A stretch of DNA of 63,478 nucleotides, filler included, from Deltaproteobacteria bacterium (GTDB taxonomy: Bacteria; Myxococcota; JACRCW01): assembly GCA_016218805.1 (NCBI GenBank). It is 4 parts of 4 records of this genome, joined end to end, with 100 filler letters (N's around TTAATTAATTAA, not from the genome) between each part and the next. Parts side by side here need not be neighbours in the genome. Positions count along the whole stretch, not along the records: positions 1 to 29,181 come from JACRCW010000005.1; 3 more parts are not named here. One strand, 5' to 3'. The position numbers were made by a program, and so were the translations under genes. Positions within the stretch are counted from its first letter, which is position 1. Each line of letters opens with the position of its first letter. This document shows positions 8,990 through 17,825 of the stretch, one piece after another. The notes under the pieces are model-generated. The model was not told where the DNA came from, searched no databases, and worked only from the letters and a program-made list of their open reading frames with translations.

Positions 8990-11074
8990 TCAGTGCGCCA
9001 GGCGTCTTGCGCTCACGGTCCCGTCGGGATCGGTGAGTTTCACTTCGGCCGCGGGTTTGCCGTCCGGGGGCACCACAAACTCCAGGCGCACGCCGGTAAT
9101 GCCCTTGAGCGAGAACGCGCTGCCCTGGCCCGGTATCAGCTCGACGGGGTTCCCGCCCGGCGCGGAGAGGAACAGCGCATTGCCGCGCACGGTGAACGTG
9201 AGCGGCCGGCCCGCCAGGTCGTAGTCGCCGGCCAGCAGCGCAAGGAACCGCGGGTCAGACAGCCGCGCGTCAGGCCGGCGCAGGAAGCGCACGGGTGGCG
9301 CGAGCACCTCCATGGGCACGTCCACGCGCTCCACGTCGCCGTCCGCGTTGTTCACAAACGTGAACAGGATGCCCTCCGCCTCAGGTTCCACCGGGTTCTT
9401 GGCGGCACGGAAGGTGTCAAAGTGCCAGTGCTCCAGCGGCAGGTCCATGTTGTTGAACCGCGCCACCAGCGCGTCACCGCTGCGCGTGATCTCCAACGGG
9501 CCGTAGCCGTCGTCGCGGTAGCTGCCCGCGTAGTCCGCCAGCGGGCGGGACGGCCGCGTTCCCGGGCGGCGCTGCTCCGCGCGGCGCGCCTTGCTCTCCT
9601 GTTCCAGCGCCTTGTAGCGCGCGCGTTTCTGCAGCCCCTCCAGGTTCCAGTCCCGCTCCGGCAGGGCCAGCAGCCGGTCGGTGATGGTTTTCACCAGCAC
9701 ACCGGGCAGCCCGTTGCCACTGCGGTTGGTGAGCACCACCACACCGGTCCCGTCGTCAGGAAGCACGGCCACCAGCGCGGAAAACCCGTCAATGTTCCCG
9801 CCGTGCTGGATGCGGCGGTGCCCGCGGTAGACGTCCACAAACCAGCCGGGCGCATAGGCGGTCAGCGGGACGGAGGAGTCTTCGGGCGGCTGCGGGATGA
9901 CCACGCGCGGCGTGTGCAGTTCGCGCAGTGTGGCCGGTGACACCACCTTCCTCCCGTCAACCGTGCCGCCGGACAGGTGCAGCAGCAGCCAGCGCGCCAT
10001 GTCTTCAGCGCACGAATTGATGGAGCCCGCCGGCCCGGCGGTGGTGATGTCCCGGAAGGGAATGCGCACCACCTTGTCGTCGCGTTCCTCGTACGGCTCC
10101 GCGTGGTCCGGGTCCTTCTGGGAATCCTTCACCGTGAAGTTGCTGCGCCCCATGCGCAGCGGGACCAGCACGCGCTCGCGGGTGGCCTGCTCCCAGCTCT
10201 TCCCGGTGAGCTTCTCCACCAGGTGCCCCGCCGCCATGAACATCAGGTTGTTGTACTGGAATTCCCGCAGCATCCCGCGGTTGGGCTCCAGGAACGCCAG
10301 CCGCCGCACCACGTCCTCCCGCGTGAGCGCGGTGTTGTTGTACCAGGACAGGTCATGCCGCGGCAGGCCGGACACGTGCGTGAGCATGTCGCGCGGGGTG
10401 AGGTTTTGCGCGGCGTACGCATCCCGCATCTGGAACCCTTTGAGGTACTGTGCCACCGGGCGGTCCCATTCCAGGCGCCCCTCCTCCACCAGCGTGCCCA
10501 GCACCATGGCGGTGAACGCCTTGGTGGACGAGCCGATGGCGAACAGCGTCTTGCCGGTGACCGGCAGCTTCCGCTCGACGTCACGCACACCCCAGCCGCG
10601 CACCAGCACCACCTGTCCACCGCGGACCACCGCCACCGCCGCGCCGGGCACGTCCCAGGCGGCCAGAGCCGTCTCCGTGAAAGCGTCCAGACCGGCCAGC
10701 GCGCTGACCGCCTCCGCCAGCGGGTCCCGGCGCAGCAGCGCAAACGGGAACACCTGGCCGCCCTGCGTGAAGGTGCCCTCCAACCGGGCCCCGTCCAGTT
10801 TGCCGTTGAATACCGGATCACCGGGAATTCCCGCCATGGCAAAAGACAGTGAATTGCCATCACGCTTGAGCGCATTGAGCGGGAGATCCCGCGCGCCCTG
10901 GGCGGGGATGGTGATGGAGCCGGCGAGCGCACCGTCCTGCTGGGTCAGGGTCACTTCCACATCCAGCGGCGCGCCGGGGATGCGGATCTGCCCGTGGTAG
11001 CGGCCCGCCACGGTGGCGTCCGGTGTCGCCGGTGCGGGCGCGGCCAGGACCCACGCAACAAGCAGCGCAAGCAT
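8990..11074 (-). CDS. Serine hydrolase, beta-lactamase-related family with DUF3471-like C-terminal domain
   Basis: Signal peptide; FAIGSSTK (SxxK), LTHVSGL, FQYNN (YxN), HGGNIDGF and YAGSY..GYG. Confidence 0.85.
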   Translation of the reverse strand: MLALLVAWVLAAPAPATPDATVAGRYHGQIRIPGAPLDVEVTLTQQDGALAGSITIPAQGARDLPLNALKRDGNSLSFAMAGIPGDPVFNGKLDGARLEGTFTQGGQVFPFALLRRDPLAEAVSALAGLDAFTETALAAWDVPGAAVAVVRGGQVVLVRGWGVRDVERKLPVTGKTLFAIGSSTKAFTAMVLGTLVEEGRLEWDRPVAQYLKGFQMRDAYAAQNLTPRDMLTHVSGLPRHDLSWYNNTALTREDVVRRLAFLEPNRGMLREFQYNNLMFMAAGHLVEKLTGKSWEQATRERVLVPLRMGRSNFTVKDSQKDPDHAEPYEERDDKVVRIPFRDITTAGPAGSINSCAEDMARWLLLHLSGGTVDGRKVVSPATLRELHTPRVVIPQPPEDSSVPLTAYAPGWFVDVYRGHRRIQHGGNIDGFSALVAVLPDDGTGVVVLTNRSGNGLPGVLVKTITDRLLALPERDWNLEGLQKRARYKALEQESKARRAEQRRPGTRPSRPLADYAGSYRDDGYGPLEITRSGDALVARFNNMDLPLEHWHFDTFRAAKNPVEPEAEGILFTFVNNADGDVERVDVPMEVLAPPVRFLRRPDARLSDPRFLALLAGDYDLAGRPLTFTVRGNALFLSAPGGNPVELIPGQGSAFSLKGITGVRLEFVVPPDGKPAAEVKLTDPDGTVSARRLAH

Positions 11075-11092
11075 CAGGAAACCTCCGGGTTG

Positions 11093-12943
11093 TCAGGGGC
11101 TGTCGTCGTCAGACGGGACGGGACCGGACGGGACGGGGAGCGTGCCGTTGCGTGCGCGGTCAATCGCCTCGTCCATGGCGCGGTGGTAGTCGCGCGGGAG
11201 GTTGTTGAAGAGCCGGTCAAACGTGCCGCTGGCAACGTTCTCCGTCACCGTCTGCAGGTACTGGTGGATGCGCACCAGCACGCGCTCCACCAACGCGCGG
11301 TCCGCGGTGCCGGCCACGGCCTCAGCGGCGTGCTCCACGTGGAAGGCGGTGCGGGCCAGGGCCTTGAGGCACATGCCGCGCAGGTGGTTGGTGAGCGTGC
11401 GTGACTTCTGGGACAGGCCCAACTCTGCCTCCGACGGTGCAATCTGGAACCGGTGGCGGCGCAATACCAGCAATTCCTGCAATTCCGTTGCGGCGAATTC
11501 CACGCCGTGCAGTGCGGGCGCCGGGGTCAAGGCGGCGGTGGGCGGGGTGACGGGCCGCAGTGATGGGGGCGTGGCCGTGCGCGCGGGGCGCGCGGACCAC
11601 GGGTCCGCGGGCGGCAAATGCTCCACGTCCACCACCGCCGCACCGCGGAAGTGCGCGCGGCGGCACGCGTCACGGAGGGCGGAGCGCAATTCGCGCACGT
11701 TGCCCGGCCATTCACGGCGGGTGACCAGGTCCAACAGCGCCGGAGCGGGCGCCAGTGACGCGGCCCCCAGTTCCGCGGCCACCTCCGCCACAAACTGCAT
11801 TGCCAGTTCACGCACGTCGTCGGGCCGTTCGCGCAGCGGTGGCAGGCGGATGATGGCGTGGCCAATGCGCATCATCAGGTCCATCGGGAAGCGGCCCGCG
11901 CGCGCCTCCGCGGGCAGGTCACGGTTGGTGGCGAACACCAGTTTCACGTCCACCGTCACCGGTTCCCCCCGGCCCGCCGCCGGGTTGAACGGGCGCCCTT
12001 CCGCCGGCAGCAGCAACAGCGCCTGTGCCTGCGGCGGGAGGCGCGACACTTCATCCAGGAACAACGTGCCGCCGTGCGCCTCCTCCAGCAGGCCGGGTTG
12101 CCCCTCCTTGGGTACGTTGTGCAGGCCGCTGTTCTTGCCAAACCCGAACAATCGCCCCATCACCACCAGCGGATCCGCCGCCTGCAATTCGGCGCAATTG
12201 ATGGTGCGGAACGGGCGTTCCGCGCGCGGGCCCAGCTTCCACAGTGCGTCGGCCACCAGCGTCTTGCCCGTGCCCGTTTCGCCCATCAGCAGCACGGGGT
12301 CCGGTGTGTGCGCCTGGATCAGGATCTCCTCCAGCAGGTTCACCATGGTCTCGGAGGTCCCGGTCAGCAGGCGCGCGCGCACGGCGCCCAGCGCCGGGAA
12401 ACGCTCCTGGTGCCGCGCCAGCCGCTCCATCCACGCGGTTGGCGTGGCCGGGGAGGACACCGCGGGTTCGCGCGCACCCATTCGCGCCACCGCGCCGCGC
12501 GCCCACGCCAGCCGCCGGCCCAGCGCCTCCACCCGCATGATCAGCTCGGACATATCAAACGGTTTACCCAGGTAATCGTCACAGCCGGCGCGAAACCCCT
12601 CATGCCGGTCCGCGGTGGACGCGCGGGCCGTCAGCAGCAGCACCGGTATTTCCGACGTGGCCGGCCGGGCGCGCAGCCGGCGGCACAGCTCAAACCCGTC
12701 AATCCCGGGCATCATCACGTCAGAGATCACCAGATCCGGGCGGGCACCGGCCTCCAGTGCCGCCAGGGCGGCCTCGCCGGAATCCGCCACCGTGACGGTG
12801 TGCCCGCGCCGGGCCAGGTTGTAGCGGATGACGTTGGCCAGGTCGGGCTCGTCATCCACCACGAGCACGTGCTGCGGTCCGGCCGCGGTGTCCGGGGACG
12901 GTTCCATGGCCGCGGACGCTACCACGTCACCCCCCGCGGTCAC
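11093..12943 (-). CDS. Response regulator with REC and NtrC-type AAA+ domains, lacking the GAFTGA motif
   Basis: REC motifs VVDD, SDVMMP and KPF. Walker A GETGTGKT, Walker B LFLDEV, FATNRDL and WPGNVREL. GTG start overlaps the kinase stop (GTGA). Confidence 0.85.
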   Translation of the reverse strand: MTAGGDVVASAAMEPSPDTAAGPQHVLVVDDEPDLANVIRYNLARRGHTVTVADSGEAALAALEAGARPDLVISDVMMPGIDGFELCRRLRARPATSEIPVLLLTARASTADRHEGFRAGCDDYLGKPFDMSELIMRVEALGRRLAWARGAVARMGAREPAVSSPATPTAWMERLARHQERFPALGAVRARLLTGTSETMVNLLEEILIQAHTPDPVLLMGETGTGKTLVADALWKLGPRAERPFRTINCAELQAADPLVVMGRLFGFGKNSGLHNVPKEGQPGLLEEAHGGTLFLDEVSRLPPQAQALLLLPAEGRPFNPAAGRGEPVTVDVKLVFATNRDLPAEARAGRFPMDLMMRIGHAIIRLPPLRERPDDVRELAMQFVAEVAAELGAASLAPAPALLDLVTRREWPGNVRELRSALRDACRRAHFRGAAVVDVEHLPPADPWSARPARTATPPSLRPVTPPTAALTPAPALHGVEFAATELQELLVLRRHRFQIAPSEAELGLSQKSRTLTNHLRGMCLKALARTAFHVEHAAEAVAGTADRALVERVLVRIHQYLQTVTENVASGTFDRLFNNLPRDYHRAMDEAIDRARNGTLPVPSGPVPSDDDSP

Positions 12944-15420
12944 GGGGCCACCGGCAGGTCAAACTCCCACGTGGTCCCGCCGGGCCCGGAGGAAAGGCGC
13001 AACCTGGCACCGTGCCGCTCGACGATCTCACGGACGATGGCCAGGCCCAGCCCGCTGCCGTCACGCTCCGCGCCCGCGCGTTTGACCTGGTAGAACGGTT
13101 CGCACACGCGGGCCTGGTCTTCCGCGGGAATACCAATGCCGGTGTCCGCCACGCCAAACGTGACGGTGCCACCCACCGCCGCCGCGTACAGGCGCGCGGT
13201 GCCACCGGCCGGCGTGAAGCGCGCCGCGTTGTCCAGCAGGTTCTGGAACACCTGGCCCAGCCGGTCCGGATCACCGCGCACCGCCAGTGGCGCGGCGGGC
13301 GCGTCCACGCGGAAGGTCACGCCGGTGGCGTCCAGGCGGGGGCGCGCGCCGTCCGCGGCGGTGCGCAGCAGGTCCGCCACGGGGATGCGCGTCGTCGTCA
13401 TTTCGCGGTGCTGGATGCGCGCCAGGTCCAGCAGGTTCTCCACCATGGCGGACAGGCGGCGCGCCTGTTTCTCCACCACGCGCAGGAAGGACATGCGCGT
13501 GGGCGCGTCCATGGCGGGGTCCGCCAGCACGGTGTCCACGTGCGAGCGGATGATGGACAGCGGCGAACGGAAGTCGTGGCTCACCGTGCTCACCAGTTCA
13601 TCCTTGCGGCGGTCCTGTTCGCGCAGTTCGTCGTTGGCGCGCGTGAGTTCGCGCGTGCGCGCGGCCACGCGCTCCTCCAGCGTGCGGTTGAGCCGGTCCA
13701 CCTCCGCAAACGCCGCCGCGTTGGCCAGCGTGGGCGCCACCTGCCCGGCCACCGCGCGCGCAAACAACAGGTCCGCCGTCCCGTACCGCGGCCGCTTCCC
13801 CGCCGGGGGACCCAGCAGCAGCTCACCCACCGCGGCGCCGCCCGCGCGCAGCGGGATCACCAGCTCCACGCCGTGCGGCAGCGTGGCCAGCACCACGCCC
13901 GCCGTCGTCGCGCCCGCGTCGGTCTCCACCGGTGCCGGCCCGCCTTCGCCGCGCTGCAGCAGCACCGCGCCCCGCGCGGCCGCCGGTGAGACGGCGGGCA
14001 GCAGCTCACCCCACACTGCGTGTGACACCACATTTCCGTCGCCACGCAGCAGGTGCACGGAGACCGCGCGCGGGCGGATGGTGCCCTGCAGCGTTTCGCC
14101 CAGGCGCGTGAGTGCGCGCTCAAGGGACAACTCCGCGCTCAGCCGCTCTGACAGCACCGCCAGCGCCTCCTGCGCGTCATACCGGCGGCCCTCCAGCAGC
14201 TGGTCCACGCGCCGCTTCACGCGGTCACGGATGGGCATGGTCCAGAACAGCAGCGTGGCGGCCAGGCCCACCGCCACCGCCGGCTGTGACCGCGCGTCCG
14301 GGTAGAACTTGTAGGCAAGCCCAAGGGTCAGCGCGTACAGCGCCGTGGCCGTCCCGGTGATCAGCACCTCCGCAAACAGGCGCCGCAACGCCAGGTCCGC
14401 CTCAAACAGGTCCTGCCGGAAGAACAGCCACGCCACGCTGGCCGGCATCAGCAGCACCGCCACGTTGGGCACCGCGGTAATCTCGTAAGAACGCGAAACA
14501 AACGCCAGCAGGAAGTTCAGCGCGGGGATGCCCAGCGCCAGCGGCCAGGTCAGCACCAGCACGCCCGCGCGCGCGCCCTCCAGCGCGCCCGCCGGCCGCC
14601 GCCACGCGTCCAGCATCACCAGGAAGAACAGCCCCGTCATGGCGATGAGGAACACGTATTCCAGCGCGCCGATGAGCGACATGGGCCCCACCGGGCCGTC
14701 CTCAAAGCGGATGGCCAGGCCCGCCAGCAGCACGCCCAGCCCCAGCGGCAGTGACCACACCAGGTGCGAGCGCCGCCGCCGCGCCAGCCGCGGGGAGAGC
14801 TGCCGCGCGAACGCCATGCCCGCCGCCGGCAGCAGCGGCGCGGACACGTGGTAGAGGTGCGGGAAGCGGTGGAACAGCGTGCCGTCCACGCCGCCGGTGA
14901 GCATCAGGGACGTGGCCAGGCAGGTGAGGCCGAAAGTCAGCGCCATCCCGCCCGGCTGGAACAGGAACACCACGCCGCCGATGATGATGATGATGATGGA
15001 CAGCAGCGCCTGGTTGGTGTGCCAGCGGAAGAAGTCCGCCACCGTGAAATCCTGCACCGCTATGCGCACCGTCTTGGGCCGCCCGTCAGGCGCCACCAGG
15101 CCCAGCTCCACGTGGGATTCATCCGGTGTGTCCGCCAGCAGCGCCTTGAACCGCTCCACGTCCGTCACCGGCGTGCCGTTGTAGGAGACAATGCGGTCCC
15201 ACAGCGCCACCTCCGGCGTGCCGCGCTCCGCCGGCGCAAACAGCACCGGATTGACAAACAGCGAATCGGTGTATCCGAAGTTGGGAAACGGCTTGCCCAC
15301 GTGGCTGAGCGCGTCCAGCAGTCCCATGCCCGCAACGCCGAGCCCGCCCAGGAACAGCGCCCCGACGAGCAGTCGCGTTCCCCGACGGGGGCGGACATCG
15401 GTGGTCATGGGCGCCGCCAT
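12940..15420 (-). CDS. Membrane sensor histidine kinase (PDZ-like loop, multiple TM helices, GAF-like region, HisKA, HATPase)
   Basis: H-box SHDFRSPL, N-box QVFQNLLDNA, and G-boxes DTGIGI and GSGLGL. Start at ATG 15420 or 15408; the longer ORF call runs into the tRNA. Confidence 0.9.
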   Translation of the reverse strand: MAAPMTTDVRPRRGTRLLVGALFLGGLGVAGMGLLDALSHVGKPFPNFGYTDSLFVNPVLFAPAERGTPEVALWDRIVSYNGTPVTDVERFKALLADTPDESHVELGLVAPDGRPKTVRIAVQDFTVADFFRWHTNQALLSIIIIIIGGVVFLFQPGGMALTFGLTCLATSLMLTGGVDGTLFHRFPHLYHVSAPLLPAAGMAFARQLSPRLARRRRSHLVWSLPLGLGVLLAGLAIRFEDGPVGPMSLIGALEYVFLIAMTGLFFLVMLDAWRRPAGALEGARAGVLVLTWPLALGIPALNFLLAFVSRSYEITAVPNVAVLLMPASVAWLFFRQDLFEADLALRRLFAEVLITGTATALYALTLGLAYKFYPDARSQPAVAVGLAATLLFWTMPIRDRVKRRVDQLLEGRRYDAQEALAVLSERLSAELSLERALTRLGETLQGTIRPRAVSVHLLRGDGNVVSHAVWGELLPAVSPAAARGAVLLQRGEGGPAPVETDAGATTAGVVLATLPHGVELVIPLRAGGAAVGELLLGPPAGKRPRYGTADLLFARAVAGQVAPTLANAAAFAEVDRLNRTLEERVAARTRELTRANDELREQDRRKDELVSTVSHDFRSPLSIIRSHVDTVLADPAMDAPTRMSFLRVVEKQARRLSAMVENLLDLARIQHREMTTTRIPVADLLRTAADGARPRLDATGVTFRVDAPAAPLAVRGDPDRLGQVFQNLLDNAARFTPAGGTARLYAAAVGGTVTFGVADTGIGIPAEDQARVCEPFYQVKRAGAERDGSGLGLAIVREIVERHGARLRLSSGPGGTTWEFDLPVAP

Positions 15421-15505
15421 TGCCGGGAGCGGGGATCGAACCCGCACGCCCCTTGCGGGGCCGAGGCTTTTAAGGCCCCTGCGTCTGCCATTCCGCCATC
15501 CCGGC
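15421..15505 (-). tRNA. tRNA-Leu, anticodon UAA, no encoded CCA
   Basis: Acceptor stem GCCGGGA/TCCCGGC plus discriminator A, D-arm GCGGAATGGCAGACGC, anticodon arm GGGGC-CT-TAA-AA-GCCTC, long variable arm, and T-arm GCGGG-TTCGATC-CCCGC. Confidence 0.95.
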
Positions 15506-15522
15506 GCACTCCGCTGCGGTGG

Positions 15523-16647
15523 TCACGGACACACTCCCGTCAACCCGCAGTCCACGCACTGGTTCTGCTTCCACCCCAGCGGCTGGCCGGTGTTGGGGTT
15601 GAGGTTGCCGGCAATGAACATGTCCGGCATGGAGCACTTCTGCCCCACGTCACACAGCGTGCCGCCGCGGCAGTCCGGGAAGCACATCCCGTGTTCAAAC
15701 GCGCGTTCGCACGTGATGCCCAGCGCCGGGTTGCAGCTGCCCGCGGCCCCGGGTTGCGCGTTGGGGTCGCAATCCGCATACGTGCAGAAGCCTGCGCCCA
15801 CCGGCGGGTTGGCGTACGCGTTGTCCGTGATGCACAGGTGATCCGTCGGGCAGTCCTCGTTGCTGGCGCATGCGCCGCCCACGCGGTTGATCTCATTGCG
15901 CAGCGCGGTGACGTCGCAGTGGCCGGTCTGCGCGTTGCAGACGCGGCCGCCGTTGCGGTCACCCACGTAGATCCCCAGGTCCATGGGCGCGTTGCGCGTG
16001 TACGCGCTGCGGAAGCAGCCGGGCCGGCCCATGGTGCACGGCGTGGAGCGCAGGCAGTCCGGGAAGCCGCCGGAACACGCCGGGCGGCACAGGTCAATGT
16101 CAAACCCGCGCTCCGTGGGAATGGCCAGCCGGTCAATGCCCACACGGTCCAGCAGCGGCTGGTCACACACCCAGCCGGAGCGGCTGCATTCCTGGTCGGA
16201 CACGCACATGCGCTTGCAGGCCTGCATGCCGGTGGACAGCTGCACCGCCACGGTGCCGGTGGGGCAGAACAGCTGCAGCTCGCGCGGTGCGGTCAGCGTG
16301 CACTCGCCCTCAATGACAAACCCGCCGTCCGGAGACGTGATCCGCGAGAAGAGGGGTGCCTCCCACCACGGGTTGCCCGCGTTGTTGGTGGTCTCGTCGG
16401 GCGTGAAGATCACGCAGGTCAGCGCGCTCTTGGCGCACGTGTTGGTCGGGTTGCGCGCGCAGGCCCCCGTCCCGTCGGACAGGTCGCACTGGCAGGGGGA
16501 GCCAATGTCGGCATACGCAATCCCGCTGGGAATCCCGGTGCCCGCGTCCGGTTCGCTGGTGGTGGTGGTACAGGCGGCGCCCGTCACCCCCAGCAGTCCC
16601 GCCAGTTGCCACGCCCCGCCCGCCAGTCGTCGTGTGATGGATGCCAT
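15523..16647 (-). CDS. Cysteine-rich putative lipoprotein
   Basis: Signal peptide ending GAAC, followed by many Cys-rich modules (C..D.EC...GWVC, GGACASNEDCP..HLC). Confidence 0.75.
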   Translation of the reverse strand: MASITRRLAGGAWQLAGLLGVTGAACTTTTSEPDAGTGIPSGIAYADIGSPCQCDLSDGTGACARNPTNTCAKSALTCVIFTPDETTNNAGNPWWEAPLFSRITSPDGGFVIEGECTLTAPRELQLFCPTGTVAVQLSTGMQACKRMCVSDQECSRSGWVCDQPLLDRVGIDRLAIPTERGFDIDLCRPACSGGFPDCLRSTPCTMGRPGCFRSAYTRNAPMDLGIYVGDRNGGRVCNAQTGHCDVTALRNEINRVGGACASNEDCPTDHLCITDNAYANPPVGAGFCTYADCDPNAQPGAAGSCNPALGITCERAFEHGMCFPDCRGGTLCDVGQKCSMPDMFIAGNLNPNTGQPLGWKQNQCVDCGLTGVCP

Positions 16648-16789
16648 GGGCGCATCTTGGTGGAAGCCCCGCCCGGACGCCAAGGGCGCCGCACACCCCG
16701 CTCCGGCGGAAGAAGACTTGGGGATGGCGCCCGGTTGCGGATAGATTCCCCCAGCCCTGTGGGGCGCATCTGCATGCGGAGACTGGCGC

Positions 16790-17752
16790 GTGGCCTACTT
16801 CAGCCCGGCAACGAAAGAGATCACCGCCAAGATTGTCTATTACGGCCCGGGCATGTGCGGGAAGACCACCAACCTGCAGAAGGTCCACCAGCTGATGAAG
16901 CAGGAGATGCGCGGGGACCTGGTCAGCGTGGCCACGGAAACGGACCGCACCATCTATTTTGACTTCCTGCCCATGAAGCTGGGCAAGATTGCCGGGTTTG
17001 ACTTTGTTACGCGCTGCTTCACCGTGCCCGGCCAGCCCTACTACGCCGAGACGCGCCGCATGGTGCTGCAGGGCGCGGATGGCGTGGTGTTTGTTGCCGA
17101 CAGCCAGCGGTTCATGATGGACCAGAACCGTGATTCCATGCTGGACCTCAAGAAGAACCTCAAGGCCAACAACCTGGACTTTGCCACCATCCCCATGGTG
17201 ATCCAGTACAACAAGCAGGACATGAAGGACCTGTCCGCCATTGAGGACCTGGAGGCCGCGCTCAACGAACGCCGCGTGCCGCACTTCCGCTCCAGCGCGT
17301 ACACCGGGCAGGGCGTGGTTGAGACGCTCAAGCACATCACGCTGGCGGTGTTCAAACACGTGCGCGACGGCGGGCTGGCCGGGCGCGCCGCCGCCACCCA
17401 TCCGCGCGCGCAGGCGCCAGCCGCGCAGAACGCGGCGGCTTCACGCCCCGCCATCAGCCTGCCTGAACTGTCCCAGGCCCGCGCCGCGCCCGTCCCCGCA
17501 CCGGTGCCCGCGCCCATGGCTTCGGCGGGGGCGTTGGAGGCGCAGGCCGCGCGCATTGCGCAGAACGCCACGCAGGCGGAAGCCGCGCCCATGCCGTCCA
17601 AGGAGGCCATTGCCAGCCAGGAGTTCCAGAACCTGGCCGTGCTGCACCACAAGCTGGTGGAGCGCGTGGCCACGCTGGAGACGGACAACACCAAGCTCAA
17701 GCGGGACATCCAGGACATCAAGGCCATCATTGGCAAGAAGCTGATGAAGTAG
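16790..17752 (+). CDS. MglA-family small GTPase with C-terminal Ala/Pro linker and coiled coil
   Basis: Motifs KIVYYGPGMCGKTTNL, TETDRTIYFDFLP, TVPGQ, GADGVVFVADSQ, YNKQD and SA..G. About 125 extra C-terminal residues. Confidence 0.9.
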   Translation: MAYFSPATKEITAKIVYYGPGMCGKTTNLQKVHQLMKQEMRGDLVSVATETDRTIYFDFLPMKLGKIAGFDFVTRCFTVPGQPYYAETRRMVLQGADGVVFVADSQRFMMDQNRDSMLDLKKNLKANNLDFATIPMVIQYNKQDMKDLSAIEDLEAALNERRVPHFRSSAYTGQGVVETLKHITLAVFKHVRDGGLAGRAAATHPRAQAPAAQNAAASRPAISLPELSQARAAPVPAPVPAPMASAGALEAQAARIAQNATQAEAAPMPSKEAIASQEFQNLAVLHHKLVERVATLETDNTKLKRDIQDIKAIIGKKLMK

Positions 17753-17825
17753 GGCGCTGCAATGACCCGGTGCGCGGCGCGCGCGCACGCGCTACACGCG
17801 GTCCCGCCATCCAGGTGACCGCGCC

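Noticed and set aside
8990..11074. Antibiotic-resistance beta-lactamase
   Set aside because: The multi-domain serine hydrolase architecture with HGG in place of KTG fits peptidase/esterase relatives, and nothing indicates resistance.
15421..15505. tRNA as an integration site of a genomic island
   Set aside because: I saw no duplicated tRNA 3' end, adjacent integrase or compositional shift on this contig.
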